A DNA stretch of 27,103 nucleotides from a virus, in IMG/VR virus record IMGVR_UViG_3300045988_077674, positions 1 to 27,103 of that record. The stretch is one strand, 5' to 3'. Within the stretch, counting starts at the first letter, position 1. The number at the start of each line of letters is the position of its first letter. The position numbers were made by a program, and so were the translations under genes. Below, in pieces: positions 1-8,484 of the stretch. The notes beneath the pieces were generated by a model, which worked only from the letters and a program-made list of their open reading frames with translations, was not told where the DNA came from and made no database searches.

Positions 1-20
1 GACGTGTGCTCTTCCGATCT
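1..20. other. Illumina TruSeq adapter remnant (non-biological sequence at contig end)
   Basis: GACGTGTGCTCTTCCGATCT is identical to the 3' 20 nt of the TruSeq read-2 adapter. It sits at the very first bases of the window. Confidence 0.9.
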
Positions 21-60
21 AAATTAGATAAATTGTATACAGAAAGAGAGATTAATAAAC

Positions 61-558
61 ATGACAAACACAGAAATGATTAAAGATATGCTTGAAAGAC
101 AGAAAGCATATGATGCGGAAGTATTTAAGAAACATAATGTTGACTATGTTTCTAAAACTCAACTAGAAAGTGCATTGTTTGATGAATTAGGCGAATTGAT
201 GCACGCTCAGAAATCAGATTGGTGTTGGTGGAAATTTACGCAAGAACCAACAGACAAGGCCAAGGTATTTGAAGAATACGCAGATGTCCTTCATTTCGCT
301 TTAATGTACGAAATCAAGTTTGGTACAGGATGTTATCAAGACGAGGACATCAAGTGGAATTATAACAAGCTAAAAACGGATTTAGGATTTGGACAGGCAT
401 ATGCGTTTAGTTGTGTAATCAGTTTAACACGAGATGATAACGTATTAGCTTACGTAATCGCATTAGGATTGCATTTAGGATATTCGATTGGTGAAATTTA
501 TAACGAATATATTCGCAAGAATGAGATCAATAAAAAAAGATTGGCGAAGGGGTACTAG
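61..558 (+). CDS. dut: dimeric all-alpha dUTPase / MazG-like NTP pyrophosphohydrolase
   Basis: 165 aa. Acidic helix motifs FDELGELMH and EEYADVLHFAL, and the C-terminal YIRKNEINKKR, match the layout of dimeric dUTPases of Gram-positive phages. It sits at the end of the early module. An in-frame stop lies at 25-27, so ATG 61 is the first start. Confidence 0.65.
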   Translation: MTNTEMIKDMLERQKAYDAEVFKKHNVDYVSKTQLESALFDELGELMHAQKSDWCWWKFTQEPTDKAKVFEEYADVLHFALMYEIKFGTGCYQDEDIKWNYNKLKTDLGFGQAYAFSCVISLTRDDNVLAYVIALGLHLGYSIGEIYNEYIRKNEINKKRLAKGY

Positions 559-560
559 TT

Positions 561-872
561 ATGTGGATTAGAAGTCAAGATAAAAAGAAATTAAAAGTTG
601 GTGAGTGGATTCCTGTCACTGAAAGACTGCCAGAGGAACATGATAGCATATTCGCTGATTTGTACGGAACAGATAAATGGGATAGTAAATTATGGAGAAC
701 AGTATCAAATAGAGTGATTGTAACTATTAAATATGACGATGGCACAAGAATTGTTAAGGAGTCGCATACTTATGACGGCAAATGGGCCGATGAGAAAAGA
801 AGCAGAAACTGTAAAGTTGTTGCTTGGATGCCAATGCCAAAGGCATATAAGGAGAAAGAAAATGAACGCTAG
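561..872 (+). CDS. DUF551-like phage protein
   Basis: 103 aa. The N-terminal GEWIPVTERLPEE resembles the W-I-x-V-x-x-x-LP signature of DUF551. SD GAAGGGG lies 8 nt upstream, and the gene is tightly packed after the previous stop. Confidence 0.5.
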   Translation: MWIRSQDKKKLKVGEWIPVTERLPEEHDSIFADLYGTDKWDSKLWRTVSNRVIVTIKYDDGTRIVKESHTYDGKWADEKRSRNCKVVAWMPMPKAYKEKENER

Positions 873-1089
873 AGAAATGTTTAAAAAGCTAGGGTATAAA
901 AAGCGTGCTTTTGGCAATTGTATTTCCTATGAAAAAGGAAGTATTATGCGTTACATAATTCAATTTAATTTAAAAGATAAAATCTTTTATTCATATACGG
1001 AATGTGGGATGGCAAATTCAATAAAAAGTTTAACTGCAAATGAGTTAAAAGCGGTTCAACAACAGATGAATGAATTGGGGTGGTCATGA
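862..1089 (+). CDS. hypothetical phage protein (small, early module)
   Basis: I chose ATG 862 (MNAREMFKKLGY...), which is preceded by AAGGAG at 849-854. The longer 733 start would overlap the upstream gene by 140 nt. Confidence 0.6.
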   Translation: MNAREMFKKLGYKKRAFGNCISYEKGSIMRYIIQFNLKDKIFYSYTECGMANSIKSLTANELKAVQQQMNELGWS

Positions 1090-1595
1090 TGAGTGCTAAA
1101 GAGATGTTTGAAGAAGAAAAGCAAGAAACAAAACAGAAAACGAATTTTGAACATTACAAAGATGAAATTCTAGAAGATTACGCGCAGAATTTAGCGGTAG
1201 TCAAAGGAAGACCTACGCTATGTTATAAAACTAATTGCAATGACTGTGACTTTAAAATCAATCAAATAGGATGTCGTCAAATGGCAAAAGAGTGGTTAAA
1301 AAGTCCGTATGAAAAGCCAACATGCAAGCTAACTAAATTTGAATACGATTTGTTAAATGCGCATAAAGATAGTGGAATGCAAAAGTGTCTTTCAAACTAC
1401 AGACCTTTACTTGAATTAAATAATGCAGTATTAAGAATCACTGAATACATCGTCAAACTTGAAAGAGAAAATTGTGGATTAAAAGAATATAAGAAACACC
1501 AGGAAAGAGCAAACGAAAGAAGATACCACACTGGTGATGAGTCATGGCATCGTGGTTCAGTTGTTGTAAATGAAAATAAAAAGAAAAGGAAGTGA
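1086..1595 (+). CDS. hypothetical phage protein (Cys-containing, basic C-terminus)
   Basis: ATG 1086 overlaps the upstream TGA (ATGA) and follows GGGGTGG. The N-terminus MMSAKEMFEE resembles that of the preceding ORF. I recognise no family. Confidence 0.6.
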   Translation: MMSAKEMFEEEKQETKQKTNFEHYKDEILEDYAQNLAVVKGRPTLCYKTNCNDCDFKINQIGCRQMAKEWLKSPYEKPTCKLTKFEYDLLNAHKDSGMQKCLSNYRPLLELNNAVLRITEYIVKLERENCGLKEYKKHQERANERRYHTGDESWHRGSVVVNENKKKRK

Positions 1596-1599
1596 TTAA

Positions 1600-1827
1600 A
1601 TGGCATTAACAACAGATGCTCGTGTATATTCAAATGCGCATCAATCAATGAAGCAAATTGAAGAGCTAGGCAGACTTTGCTATCAAAACAATATTGAAAA
1701 GAAAGATATATTTTTGATGGACCAAATTATTAAAAGAAATATGTCAACGGAAGTACAATATCTTTTAGATCATAAACTTGATGTGCATGAATTAGAATCT
1801 GCATATCGTTTGAAAGGTTGGATTTAA
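1600..1827 (+). CDS. hypothetical phage protein
   Basis: 75 aa. AGGAAG SD before ATG 1600. The gene starts 5 nt after the previous stop and ends in a TAATG overlap with the next gene. Confidence 0.6.
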   Translation: MALTTDARVYSNAHQSMKQIEELGRLCYQNNIEKKDIFLMDQIIKRNMSTEVQYLLDHKLDVHELESAYRLKGWI

Positions 1828-2309
1828 TGCTATCAAATGAAGATGCATCGTATGTAATCAGGCAGATACGCAATATTGATTGGTATATTGCGCGTATTAC
1901 TGAACTTGAGGTTAAGTTAAATAAAGTGTCTGACAAACTTACAAACGAATCAAACGATTACAAAAGTCCATTGAATTGGCAACGTATAACAATCAAAGTT
2001 AAAGATGAAGAAGGTAAGTTGATTGATGAAGATGCAAGATATAAATCACCAGGCACTAAGTATCCAGTCAGCTCAAAAGGAATCATGTTTGATTATGAAG
2101 ATGAATTGATTCAAGAGTTACAAGTAATGCGATATAGTCTATGTAAAGCTATGTCATATCTTGAATTGTTAAAGCAAAATGATGAAGTACAATTTATTCT
2201 TGATTATTTTGACAACAAGTCATACGAATCATTGAAGATGCAATATCATATATCAAACGTAAACAGACACATGAAATCATTAGTTAAACGACAAATCAAA
2301 CAAATATAA
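1827..2309 (+). CDS. last early-module gene; possible late-gene regulator (RinA/ArpU/DUF1492-like by position)
   Basis: ATG 1827 overlaps the upstream TAA (the track's TTG 1818 is an alternative). It is the final gene before the HNH-terS late operon, where Gram-positive siphoviruses place their late activator. The C-terminus (FILDYFDNKSYESLKMQYHISNVNRHMKSLVKR) could form a helix-turn-helix. The CDS is confident. The function rests on position only. Confidence 0.4.
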   Translation: MLSNEDASYVIRQIRNIDWYIARITELEVKLNKVSDKLTNESNDYKSPLNWQRITIKVKDEEGKLIDEDARYKSPGTKYPVSSKGIMFDYEDELIQELQVMRYSLCKAMSYLELLKQNDEVQFILDYFDNKSYESLKMQYHISNVNRHMKSLVKRQIKQI

Positions 2310-2342
2310 AATAAAAAGCGTACTAAAGTACCCTTTAATCTC

Positions 2343-2351
2343 TGATATAAT
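2343..2351 (+). promoter_or_regulatory. extended -10 promoter element TGATATAAT (no obvious -35)
   Basis: A perfect TGnTATAAT lies in the intergenic gap after the 1827-2309 gene. I see no good TTGACA-like hexamer 17 bp upstream. Confidence 0.4.
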
Positions 2352-2391
2352 GGATACGTAAGAATTTAGTTCTTACAAAATATGCGACTTA

Positions 2392-2421
2392 GGGGGTATC
2401 AAAAAGATACTCCCTTTTATT
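2392..2421 (+). terminator. rho-independent terminator
   Basis: GGGGGTATC-AAAAA-GATACTCCC forms a 9-10 bp stem with one G-U pair, followed by TTTTATT. Confidence 0.75.
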
Positions 2422-2499
2422 GTCACATATGAGTCTCTTTTAAGTTTTCCTTTCGCTCATGTGCCTAGAATCATAGGTGCATGATTGAGAGGAATACAT

Positions 2500-2865
2500 A
2501 TGACAGACTCAGAATGGATTGAATATTTATATCAACACAAGGATTTAAATGATTGGGATGTAGCTTGTAAAAAGTTCTATGATTCTGCACTTTGGAGACA
2601 TAAACGTGAGGAAGTATTACACTTAGACCACAATGAATGTCAACTATGTAAGCAACATGGAATTATAACTAAAGCTCAAACAGTTCATCACATCATTCAT
2701 TTGCGTGACAATCCAAGCTTAGCTTTATCAATCTACAACAACAACGAACGTCAATTGATTAGCTTATGTAACGATTGCCACAACAAAGTTCATCCTGAAA
2801 AGAATATAAAATTCAAATCAAAAAGCGAAAAGGAAAAGGATTTAATCACAGAAGAACGATGGTGA
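2500..2865 (+). CDS. HNH endonuclease (terminase-associated)
   Basis: HLDHNECQLCK...VHHIIHL...LCNDCHNKVH is a classic HNH/zinc-ribbon layout. SD GAGAGGA lies 6 nt before ATG 2500. It sits immediately upstream of terS, as in cos/HNH phages. Confidence 0.9.
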   Translation: MTDSEWIEYLYQHKDLNDWDVACKKFYDSALWRHKREEVLHLDHNECQLCKQHGIITKAQTVHHIIHLRDNPSLALSIYNNNERQLISLCNDCHNKVHPEKNIKFKSKSEKEKDLITEERW

Positions 2866-2928
2866 TTCATTGATTGAACATTCAGCTTCAACCGTTTTAT
2901 GAATAAAAATTATTTTCTTTTATAATAC

Positions 2929-2995
2929 CCCCGGGTAAAAAATTTGGTTTAAAATTTGAGTCCCCTCAGAGCGGGGGCGAGCGAATCCTGTCGAG
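2929..2995. other. putative cos (cohesive-end) packaging site region
   Basis: This is the only GC-rich island in an AT-rich genome (ACCCCCGGGT ... TCCCCTCAGAGCGGGGGCGAGCGAATCCTGTCGAG, including the inverted CCCC/GGGG). It lies in the HNH-terS intergenic gap, where cos sites of HNH-dependent phages sit. Confidence 0.45.
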
Positions 2996-3046
2996 AAATT
3001 CTTCTAATTCATGTAAAAAATTGGAAATCAAGGTGGTGATTAAGGA

Positions 3047-3391
3047 ATGAAAAAAGAGAACAAGTCTATTGATCTAAAGAAAAGTTTGGATAATTTTAAA
3101 AAAGATGCGGAGCGACAAGGATATGTTGATAATTTCTTGTTTGCGAGTACTTTGAAAAGGCTGGAAACACAGATTGATATTCTGACAAGCTTGGAAAAGA
3201 AAATTGAAGAAGATGGTGTTGTTTGCACGAAGGAATATGTTAAGGGAAGAGAAAATATGTATGTGAGTCCTGCGGTGACTACGTACAATAAGACTTGCCA
3301 ACAAGCGAATAACACAACACAAGCACTGATTAAAGTGATTTTGTCATTAGGCGGTGCTTTGCATGAAGAAGATGAAGATGATGAACTATGA
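3047..3391 (+). CDS. terS: terminase small subunit (P27 family)
   Basis: 114 aa. The position directly upstream of terL with an ATGA overlap, the size, and the central GVVCTKEYVKGRENMYVSPAVTTYNK segment are typical of P27-family small terminases. Confidence 0.85.
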   Translation: MKKENKSIDLKKSLDNFKKDAERQGYVDNFLFASTLKRLETQIDILTSLEKKIEEDGVVCTKEYVKGRENMYVSPAVTTYNKTCQQANNTTQALIKVILSLGGALHEEDEDDEL

Positions 3392-5064
3392 GTTCATTAC
3401 CAATATTCTGTAAAGAGTATTTTGATTTAATGGATGCGAATAAAGATGAGTTTTGCATTGAACAATGGCAACTTCGAGCGATGGTTGAGAGGGCCTTTCA
3501 GAATGAAAGGTTGATTGTCGATTTAGAACTTTATGAGCATTACATTGGATTAGGTAAGTATTTAGGCTTTGGCCGTGGATACGAATGGGAAAGATACTGC
3601 ATAGGATGTTACTTGTGTACATTTAAAGAAGAGGACGGACTTCCGAGATGGGATGACGGCCTTTTTTTTATGGGCCGAGGTGCAGGAAAAGACGGATTGA
3701 TATCTTGGATGAGTTTATGTTTGATTAGTCCATATAATCCAATCGAGAATTACGATGTTGATATTTGTGCTTTTAATGAGGACCAGGCTTTGAGACCAGT
3801 GCTTGATATTCACGATGCTTTAGAGAAAGAACCGAAGAAATTTAAAAAGTTCTTTAAATGGACACGTGAAAAAATCAGAGGTATCAAGAATAAAGGTTAC
3901 ATCAAAGGCCACACCAACAATGCCAAAGGTAAAGATGGTTTGAGAAGTGGTGCAGTGTTTTTAAATGAGATTCATACTTACGAAAACTATGACAATATCA
4001 ACGTGTTCACTACTGGTTTAGGAAAGAAGCCTCATCCACGAACTGGATATTTCACAACGAATGGCGATGTCCCTGATGGGCCTTTAGACAATATGCTAGA
4101 CGATGCAAAAGATGTTTTGAAAAATGGTCATAACGATAATGGCCACTTTTATTTTATTTGTAGATTGAATAACAAGGATGAAGTGCATGATGAATTGAAC
4201 TGGCGCAAAGCTAATCCATCATTGAGATATAAACCATCATTATTAGTTGAGATGCGTAAGGAATATAACAAGTGGTTGAAAGCTCCACAGACTTTAGCAG
4301 CGTTTATGACTAAGCGAATGAATATCAGACAAACTAAGGAATCAATGCCAGTAGCTTCTTGGGAAGATATCAAAGCTACTAACAAAGAATTGATTAATCT
4401 AAAAGGTTGGTCATGTACTTGTGGTATCGACTTTTCAAAAACAAATGACTGGATGGCAGTGGATCTACATTTTAAACAAGATGAAATTCGTTATGATATC
4501 AATCATGCATGGGTATGTATGCAATCAACAGAATTGTGGAGATTGAAATGCCCTTATAAAGAATGGGCAAATGAAGGTTATGTTACGTTAGTTGATGAAC
4601 CGGAGATATCACCTAAGTTGGTATCTGAATATCTTAGTCAAATGATGAATGATTATGTCATTGAAGGTGTTGCAATGGATAGTTACAGATTTGAGATATT
4701 GAAAGATGAGTTGAATAAGCTTGGGTTTAGTTATGAAAACAAGAATATTAAGCTTGTTAGAAACTCCGACATCATGAAGATTGTGCCTATCATCGTTAGA
4801 TGCTTCTTGAATCATTTCTTTATATGGGGTGAACAACCTTGCTTAAGGTGGGCTACTAACAACTCAAAATTAGTTCCTGCTAAGAAGTCAATGATGGCAG
4901 TTGATGGTGAATTGGATATGGGTAACTATTTGATTGGAAAAATCGAGCCAAAAGCAAGAAAGACAGATCCTTTCATGGCATTGGTTGCAAGTATGACAAT
5001 TGAAGATATGTTGCCTCAAGCAATCGGTAGTATTCCTTTTGATATTGGAGTACTTACTTTTTAA
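3388..5064 (+). CDS. terL: terminase large subunit
   Basis: 558 aa. Walker A-like GRGAGKDG, an ATPase N-terminal half and a nuclease-like C-terminal half. Gene order is terS-terL-portal. Confidence 0.93.
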   Translation: MSSLPIFCKEYFDLMDANKDEFCIEQWQLRAMVERAFQNERLIVDLELYEHYIGLGKYLGFGRGYEWERYCIGCYLCTFKEEDGLPRWDDGLFFMGRGAGKDGLISWMSLCLISPYNPIENYDVDICAFNEDQALRPVLDIHDALEKEPKKFKKFFKWTREKIRGIKNKGYIKGHTNNAKGKDGLRSGAVFLNEIHTYENYDNINVFTTGLGKKPHPRTGYFTTNGDVPDGPLDNMLDDAKDVLKNGHNDNGHFYFICRLNNKDEVHDELNWRKANPSLRYKPSLLVEMRKEYNKWLKAPQTLAAFMTKRMNIRQTKESMPVASWEDIKATNKELINLKGWSCTCGIDFSKTNDWMAVDLHFKQDEIRYDINHAWVCMQSTELWRLKCPYKEWANEGYVTLVDEPEISPKLVSEYLSQMMNDYVIEGVAMDSYRFEILKDELNKLGFSYENKNIKLVRNSDIMKIVPIIVRCFLNHFFIWGEQPCLRWATNNSKLVPAKKSMMAVDGELDMGNYLIGKIEPKARKTDPFMALVASMTIEDMLPQAIGSIPFDIGVLTF

Positions 5065-5085
5065 ATAAAAGGAAGGAGTGAAAAC

Positions 5086-6303
5086 ATGGGATTTTTGAAA
5101 AAAATATTTGGATTCGGTAAAGATTTCGCAGATGAAAAAGATATGTGGATTAAATCTGCAACAATTACGACAGAACAAGAACAGTTAGCATCTTTGACCG
5201 CTCGTCAATTGGCCTTTGAAATTTGTGTACAACGAATTGCAAAAGCGATCTCAAAATGTGAGTTCAGAACATACGAAAAGAAAAAAGAAAAGAAGAATAG
5301 CTTTTATTATTTATTGAATGTTAAACCGAATTACAATCAATCGAGTACAGAGTTTTGGAATGAATTTATCCATAAACTTTATTATGATGATGAAGTATTA
5401 GTTGTACAAAGAGCGGATAAATTGTTTATTGCAGATTCGTTTACTGTTGACGATAAAATCGTATTTGGTGAGCACGTGTTTAAAGATATTCATATCGGTG
5501 ATATCACGTTGAATAGTGATTACAAACAATCAAAAGTTATGCATTTTAAGTTAGGCAATGAGAAGATAAAGGAATATTTAGATGGTACTTTAGCATTGCA
5601 AACTTCTTTGATTCAAACCGCATTGAGTTCATATAAACGTGCAAATGGATTTAAGATGAAAGCTCACATCGGCCGTATGCAAGCCAATAAAGATTTGGAA
5701 GATAAGATTAATGATTTATTAAACAATCAAGTTAAAACTTTCATGAAAGCAGATAACGCATTGTTACCTGAATACGAAGGATTAACTTTTGATGAGTTTG
5801 GAAAAGAAAAGAAAAATATAGTAACTACTCGAGATATTAAGGCCTTATTAGATGATACTTTAGAGCTCACTTGTAAGGCTTTTTTAATTCCAGTGAACAT
5901 TTGTAATGGAGATGTAGCAGATACATCGAAAGCGGTGGATGACTTCTTAGCATTTTGTTTAGATTCAATTGTGAAATTGATTCAAGATGAAATCAACGGA
6001 AAGCATTACACAGAAGATGAGTACCTACGAGGTACTTATATGAAAATCAACACTCAAGCAATCAAACATATTGATGCTTTAGATATGGCTAACTCAGTCG
6101 ATAAATTAATTAGTAGTGGTGTTTATTCAATCAATAACATCTTGCGTATTTTGGGTGAAGAAGAAATTGATGAAGAATGGGCGAACGAGCATTACATCAC
6201 TAAGAATTACAGTGGTATCGACTCAACCAGTCAATCAATGAGTGAGAAAGGAGGAAAAACAAATGCCGAAGATGAAGGTAATGCAAATGCGAATGCAAGT
6301 TAA
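5086..6303 (+). CDS. portal protein (HK97 family)
   Basis: 405 aa, immediately after terL and before the prohead protease. The length and acidic C-terminal tail are typical of this family. Confidence 0.9.
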   Translation: MGFLKKIFGFGKDFADEKDMWIKSATITTEQEQLASLTARQLAFEICVQRIAKAISKCEFRTYEKKKEKKNSFYYLLNVKPNYNQSSTEFWNEFIHKLYYDDEVLVVQRADKLFIADSFTVDDKIVFGEHVFKDIHIGDITLNSDYKQSKVMHFKLGNEKIKEYLDGTLALQTSLIQTALSSYKRANGFKMKAHIGRMQANKDLEDKINDLLNNQVKTFMKADNALLPEYEGLTFDEFGKEKKNIVTTRDIKALLDDTLELTCKAFLIPVNICNGDVADTSKAVDDFLAFCLDSIVKLIQDEINGKHYTEDEYLRGTYMKINTQAIKHIDALDMANSVDKLISSGVYSINNILRILGEEEIDEEWANEHYITKNYSGIDSTSQSMSEKGGKTNAEDEGNANANAS

Positions 6304-6961
6304 TGAAGCTAAGCCAAATGAAGCAGACCTTGAATTGTACGATGAAATTGGTGAGTCTACAGACTGGTGGACTGGAAAGACATCAGGCATCAGTGCCGAA
6401 TCAATCACTCAGTTTTTAAAGGAAAATCAAGATGTAGATACAGTTAATTTACATATTAATTCAAATGGTGGATTAGTATTTGAAGGAATCACAATTCACA
6501 ATGTTTTGAAAGGCTCTGGCAAAACTGTAAATGTAATCATTGATGGTTTAGCTGCATCAATTGCGAGTGTAATTGCGATGTGTGGTGATACTGTAAAAAT
6601 GTATCCAACATCACAAATGATGATTCACAATTGTTGGACATATGGATGTGGTAATGCTAATGATTTTAGAAAGCTAGCCGACCAAATGGACAAGATTATG
6701 GACTCATCAAGAATCGCATACCTAAGTAAAGCTAAAGATAAGCTTACAGAAGAAAAGCTTAATGAACTGTTAGATAATGAAAGTTATTTAACCGCTCAAG
6801 AATGCTTTGACCTAGGATTATGCGATGAAATTATCGGTGTTGACACTTCTAAAAAAGAAGGTGTTAAAGCCGATGAAAAAAAGGCACAAAATGTTGAAGG
6901 ACCTTTAGAAAAATCACCAACTATTGAACCTTTAAATAAGGGAAATGGTTGGTTTTTTTAA
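6263..6961 (+). CDS. ClpP-like (S14) prohead maturation protease
   Basis: INSNGGLVFEGITIHN...IDGLAASIASVIAMCGD...MIHN matches the ClpP-fold Ser/His region. I preferred ATG 6263 because it follows AAAGGAGGA. It overlaps the portal 3' end by 41 nt. Confidence 0.9.
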   Translation: MPKMKVMQMRMQVNEAKPNEADLELYDEIGESTDWWTGKTSGISAESITQFLKENQDVDTVNLHINSNGGLVFEGITIHNVLKGSGKTVNVIIDGLAASIASVIAMCGDTVKMYPTSQMMIHNCWTYGCGNANDFRKLADQMDKIMDSSRIAYLSKAKDKLTEEKLNELLDNESYLTAQECFDLGLCDEIIGVDTSKKEGVKADEKKAQNVEGPLEKSPTIEPLNKGNGWFF

Positions 6962-6986
6962 TGCAAAAAATTAGGAGGAAAAATTA

Positions 6987-8180
6987 ATGAAAACTAAAGA
7001 AGAATTATTAGAAACTTTAAGACAAGCTATTGATGATAAAAGTTCAGATGGCTTGTTTGATGCATTAAGCAATTTAATTGAGAATCAAACTGATTCAAAA
7101 GCAGAGCAGATTTTACAAGAAGCATTACGAGTTGACGATTCAAATATTTTAAAAGCACGTGGAGCTCGTCAATTAACATCTGCAGAAAAAGCATTCTATA
7201 ACAAAATTATTGATGCAATGCGCTCTGACAATTTTCGTCAAACAATTGACAACATTGATACTGTATTACCTGAAACAGTTATCGAAGATATTTTCTCAGA
7301 AATTGAAAATGAACATCCATTGTTATCTAAATTAGATATTCAAGTAGCATCTGCAAAAGTTAAATTGTTATTCGGTGTTGCAGGTGACAATAAAGCAACA
7401 TGGGGTAAATTAACTGATAAGATTGTTACTGAAATCTCAGGATCATTTGAAGAAATGGATATTTACCAATTAAAGGTAAGTGCTTATGTACCTATTCCTG
7501 AATCAATGTTAGATTTAGGACCAGTTTATTTAGACAGATTTGTTCGTACATTGTTATATGATGCATTATCAAACGGTATTGAAGATGCATCATTGAACAA
7601 CTTGGAATCTGATAAAGGTCCTATCGGTATGATGGCTGATTTATCAAAAGGTACAACTAATAGTGGAAAGACTACTTACACTGCTAAGACTGCTAAAAAA
7701 GTAGTTAATTGGACACCAAAAGGATTAGCTGATGTAATCAAAGCTATGGCTAAAGGCCGTAACGGAAAAGCTCGTAAGGTTACAGGTTTATTTATGGTAG
7801 TTAGTCCTGATGATTACTATGGATTAGTTAAACCTGCAATTTGTATTCAAACACCATCTGGTGACTGGGTAGAAAAATCACCATATCCAATTGACATCAT
7901 CCAATCAGTATATTGTCCAACTGGTAAAGCTATCATGGGTATTGATAAGAAATATATGATGGGTATCGGTACTGCTCAAGCAGGTAAACTAGAAACATCT
8001 GATGAGTTCGCATTCTTGGACGATAACAGAACATACAAGATTAAGTTGTACGGTAATGGTCAACCAAAGGATAACAACGCATTCCAAGTATTAGATATTA
8101 CTGGATTAAAAGAGTTAGCTTTCAAAGTTGATTCAACTACTACAGTAGAAGGTCAAGTAAATACAAAAGCAGCTGCTTAA
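6987..8180 (+). CDS. major capsid protein (HK97 fold) with N-terminal delta/scaffold domain
   Basis: 397 aa, following the protease with a strong AGGAGG SD. The helical N-terminal ~100 aa is consistent with a cleaved delta domain. Confidence 0.88.
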   Translation: MKTKEELLETLRQAIDDKSSDGLFDALSNLIENQTDSKAEQILQEALRVDDSNILKARGARQLTSAEKAFYNKIIDAMRSDNFRQTIDNIDTVLPETVIEDIFSEIENEHPLLSKLDIQVASAKVKLLFGVAGDNKATWGKLTDKIVTEISGSFEEMDIYQLKVSAYVPIPESMLDLGPVYLDRFVRTLLYDALSNGIEDASLNNLESDKGPIGMMADLSKGTTNSGKTTYTAKTAKKVVNWTPKGLADVIKAMAKGRNGKARKVTGLFMVVSPDDYYGLVKPAICIQTPSGDWVEKSPYPIDIIQSVYCPTGKAIMGIDKKYMMGIGTAQAGKLETSDEFAFLDDNRTYKIKLYGNGQPKDNNAFQVLDITGLKELAFKVDSTTTVEGQVNTKAAA

Positions 8181-8205
8181 TCCATAAAAGAAAGGTGGCA
8201 TCTAA

Positions 8206-8484
8206 ATGGATGAATATTTATTAGGCTTAATCAAGACTGATCTAGGCTACAAGTGGTGCGACGATGCCACAAACGAAAAACTAAAACATTTAATCGCAGA
8301 GGGATTAGCTTATCTGAAGAAGTATAGTCCTTCTGCAGATTTTCAAAGTGATGAATTTTCTAGAAGTTTATTAAAGAATTACGTGCTATATGCTTTATCA
8401 AATGCAACTGATGATTTTAAAGTTAATTACAAAGATGAGATTATTCTCTTTAGTGATTTAGGAAGGGCAAGCGATGTTAGTTAA
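8206..8484 (+). CDS. head-tail connector protein (gp6-like)
   Basis: 92 aa. This is the first gene after the capsid gene, with the size and position typical of this family. Confidence 0.7.
   Translation: MDEYLLGLIKTDLGYKWCDDATNEKLKHLIAEGLAYLKKYSPSADFQSDEFSRSLLKNYVLYALSNATDDFKVNYKDEIILFSDLGRASDVS

Noticed and set aside
733-861. The longer 118-aa form of the 862-1089 gene, and the minus-strand ORF 705-917.
   Set aside because: The long form would overlap the DUF551-like gene by 140 nt and has no SD, whereas ATG 862 follows AAGGAG. The minus-strand ORF is antisense to two packed genes.
3040-3322. Two minus-strand ORFs antisense to terS.
   Set aside because: terS is well supported on the + strand. 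These antisense frames have no SD and low-complexity sequence.
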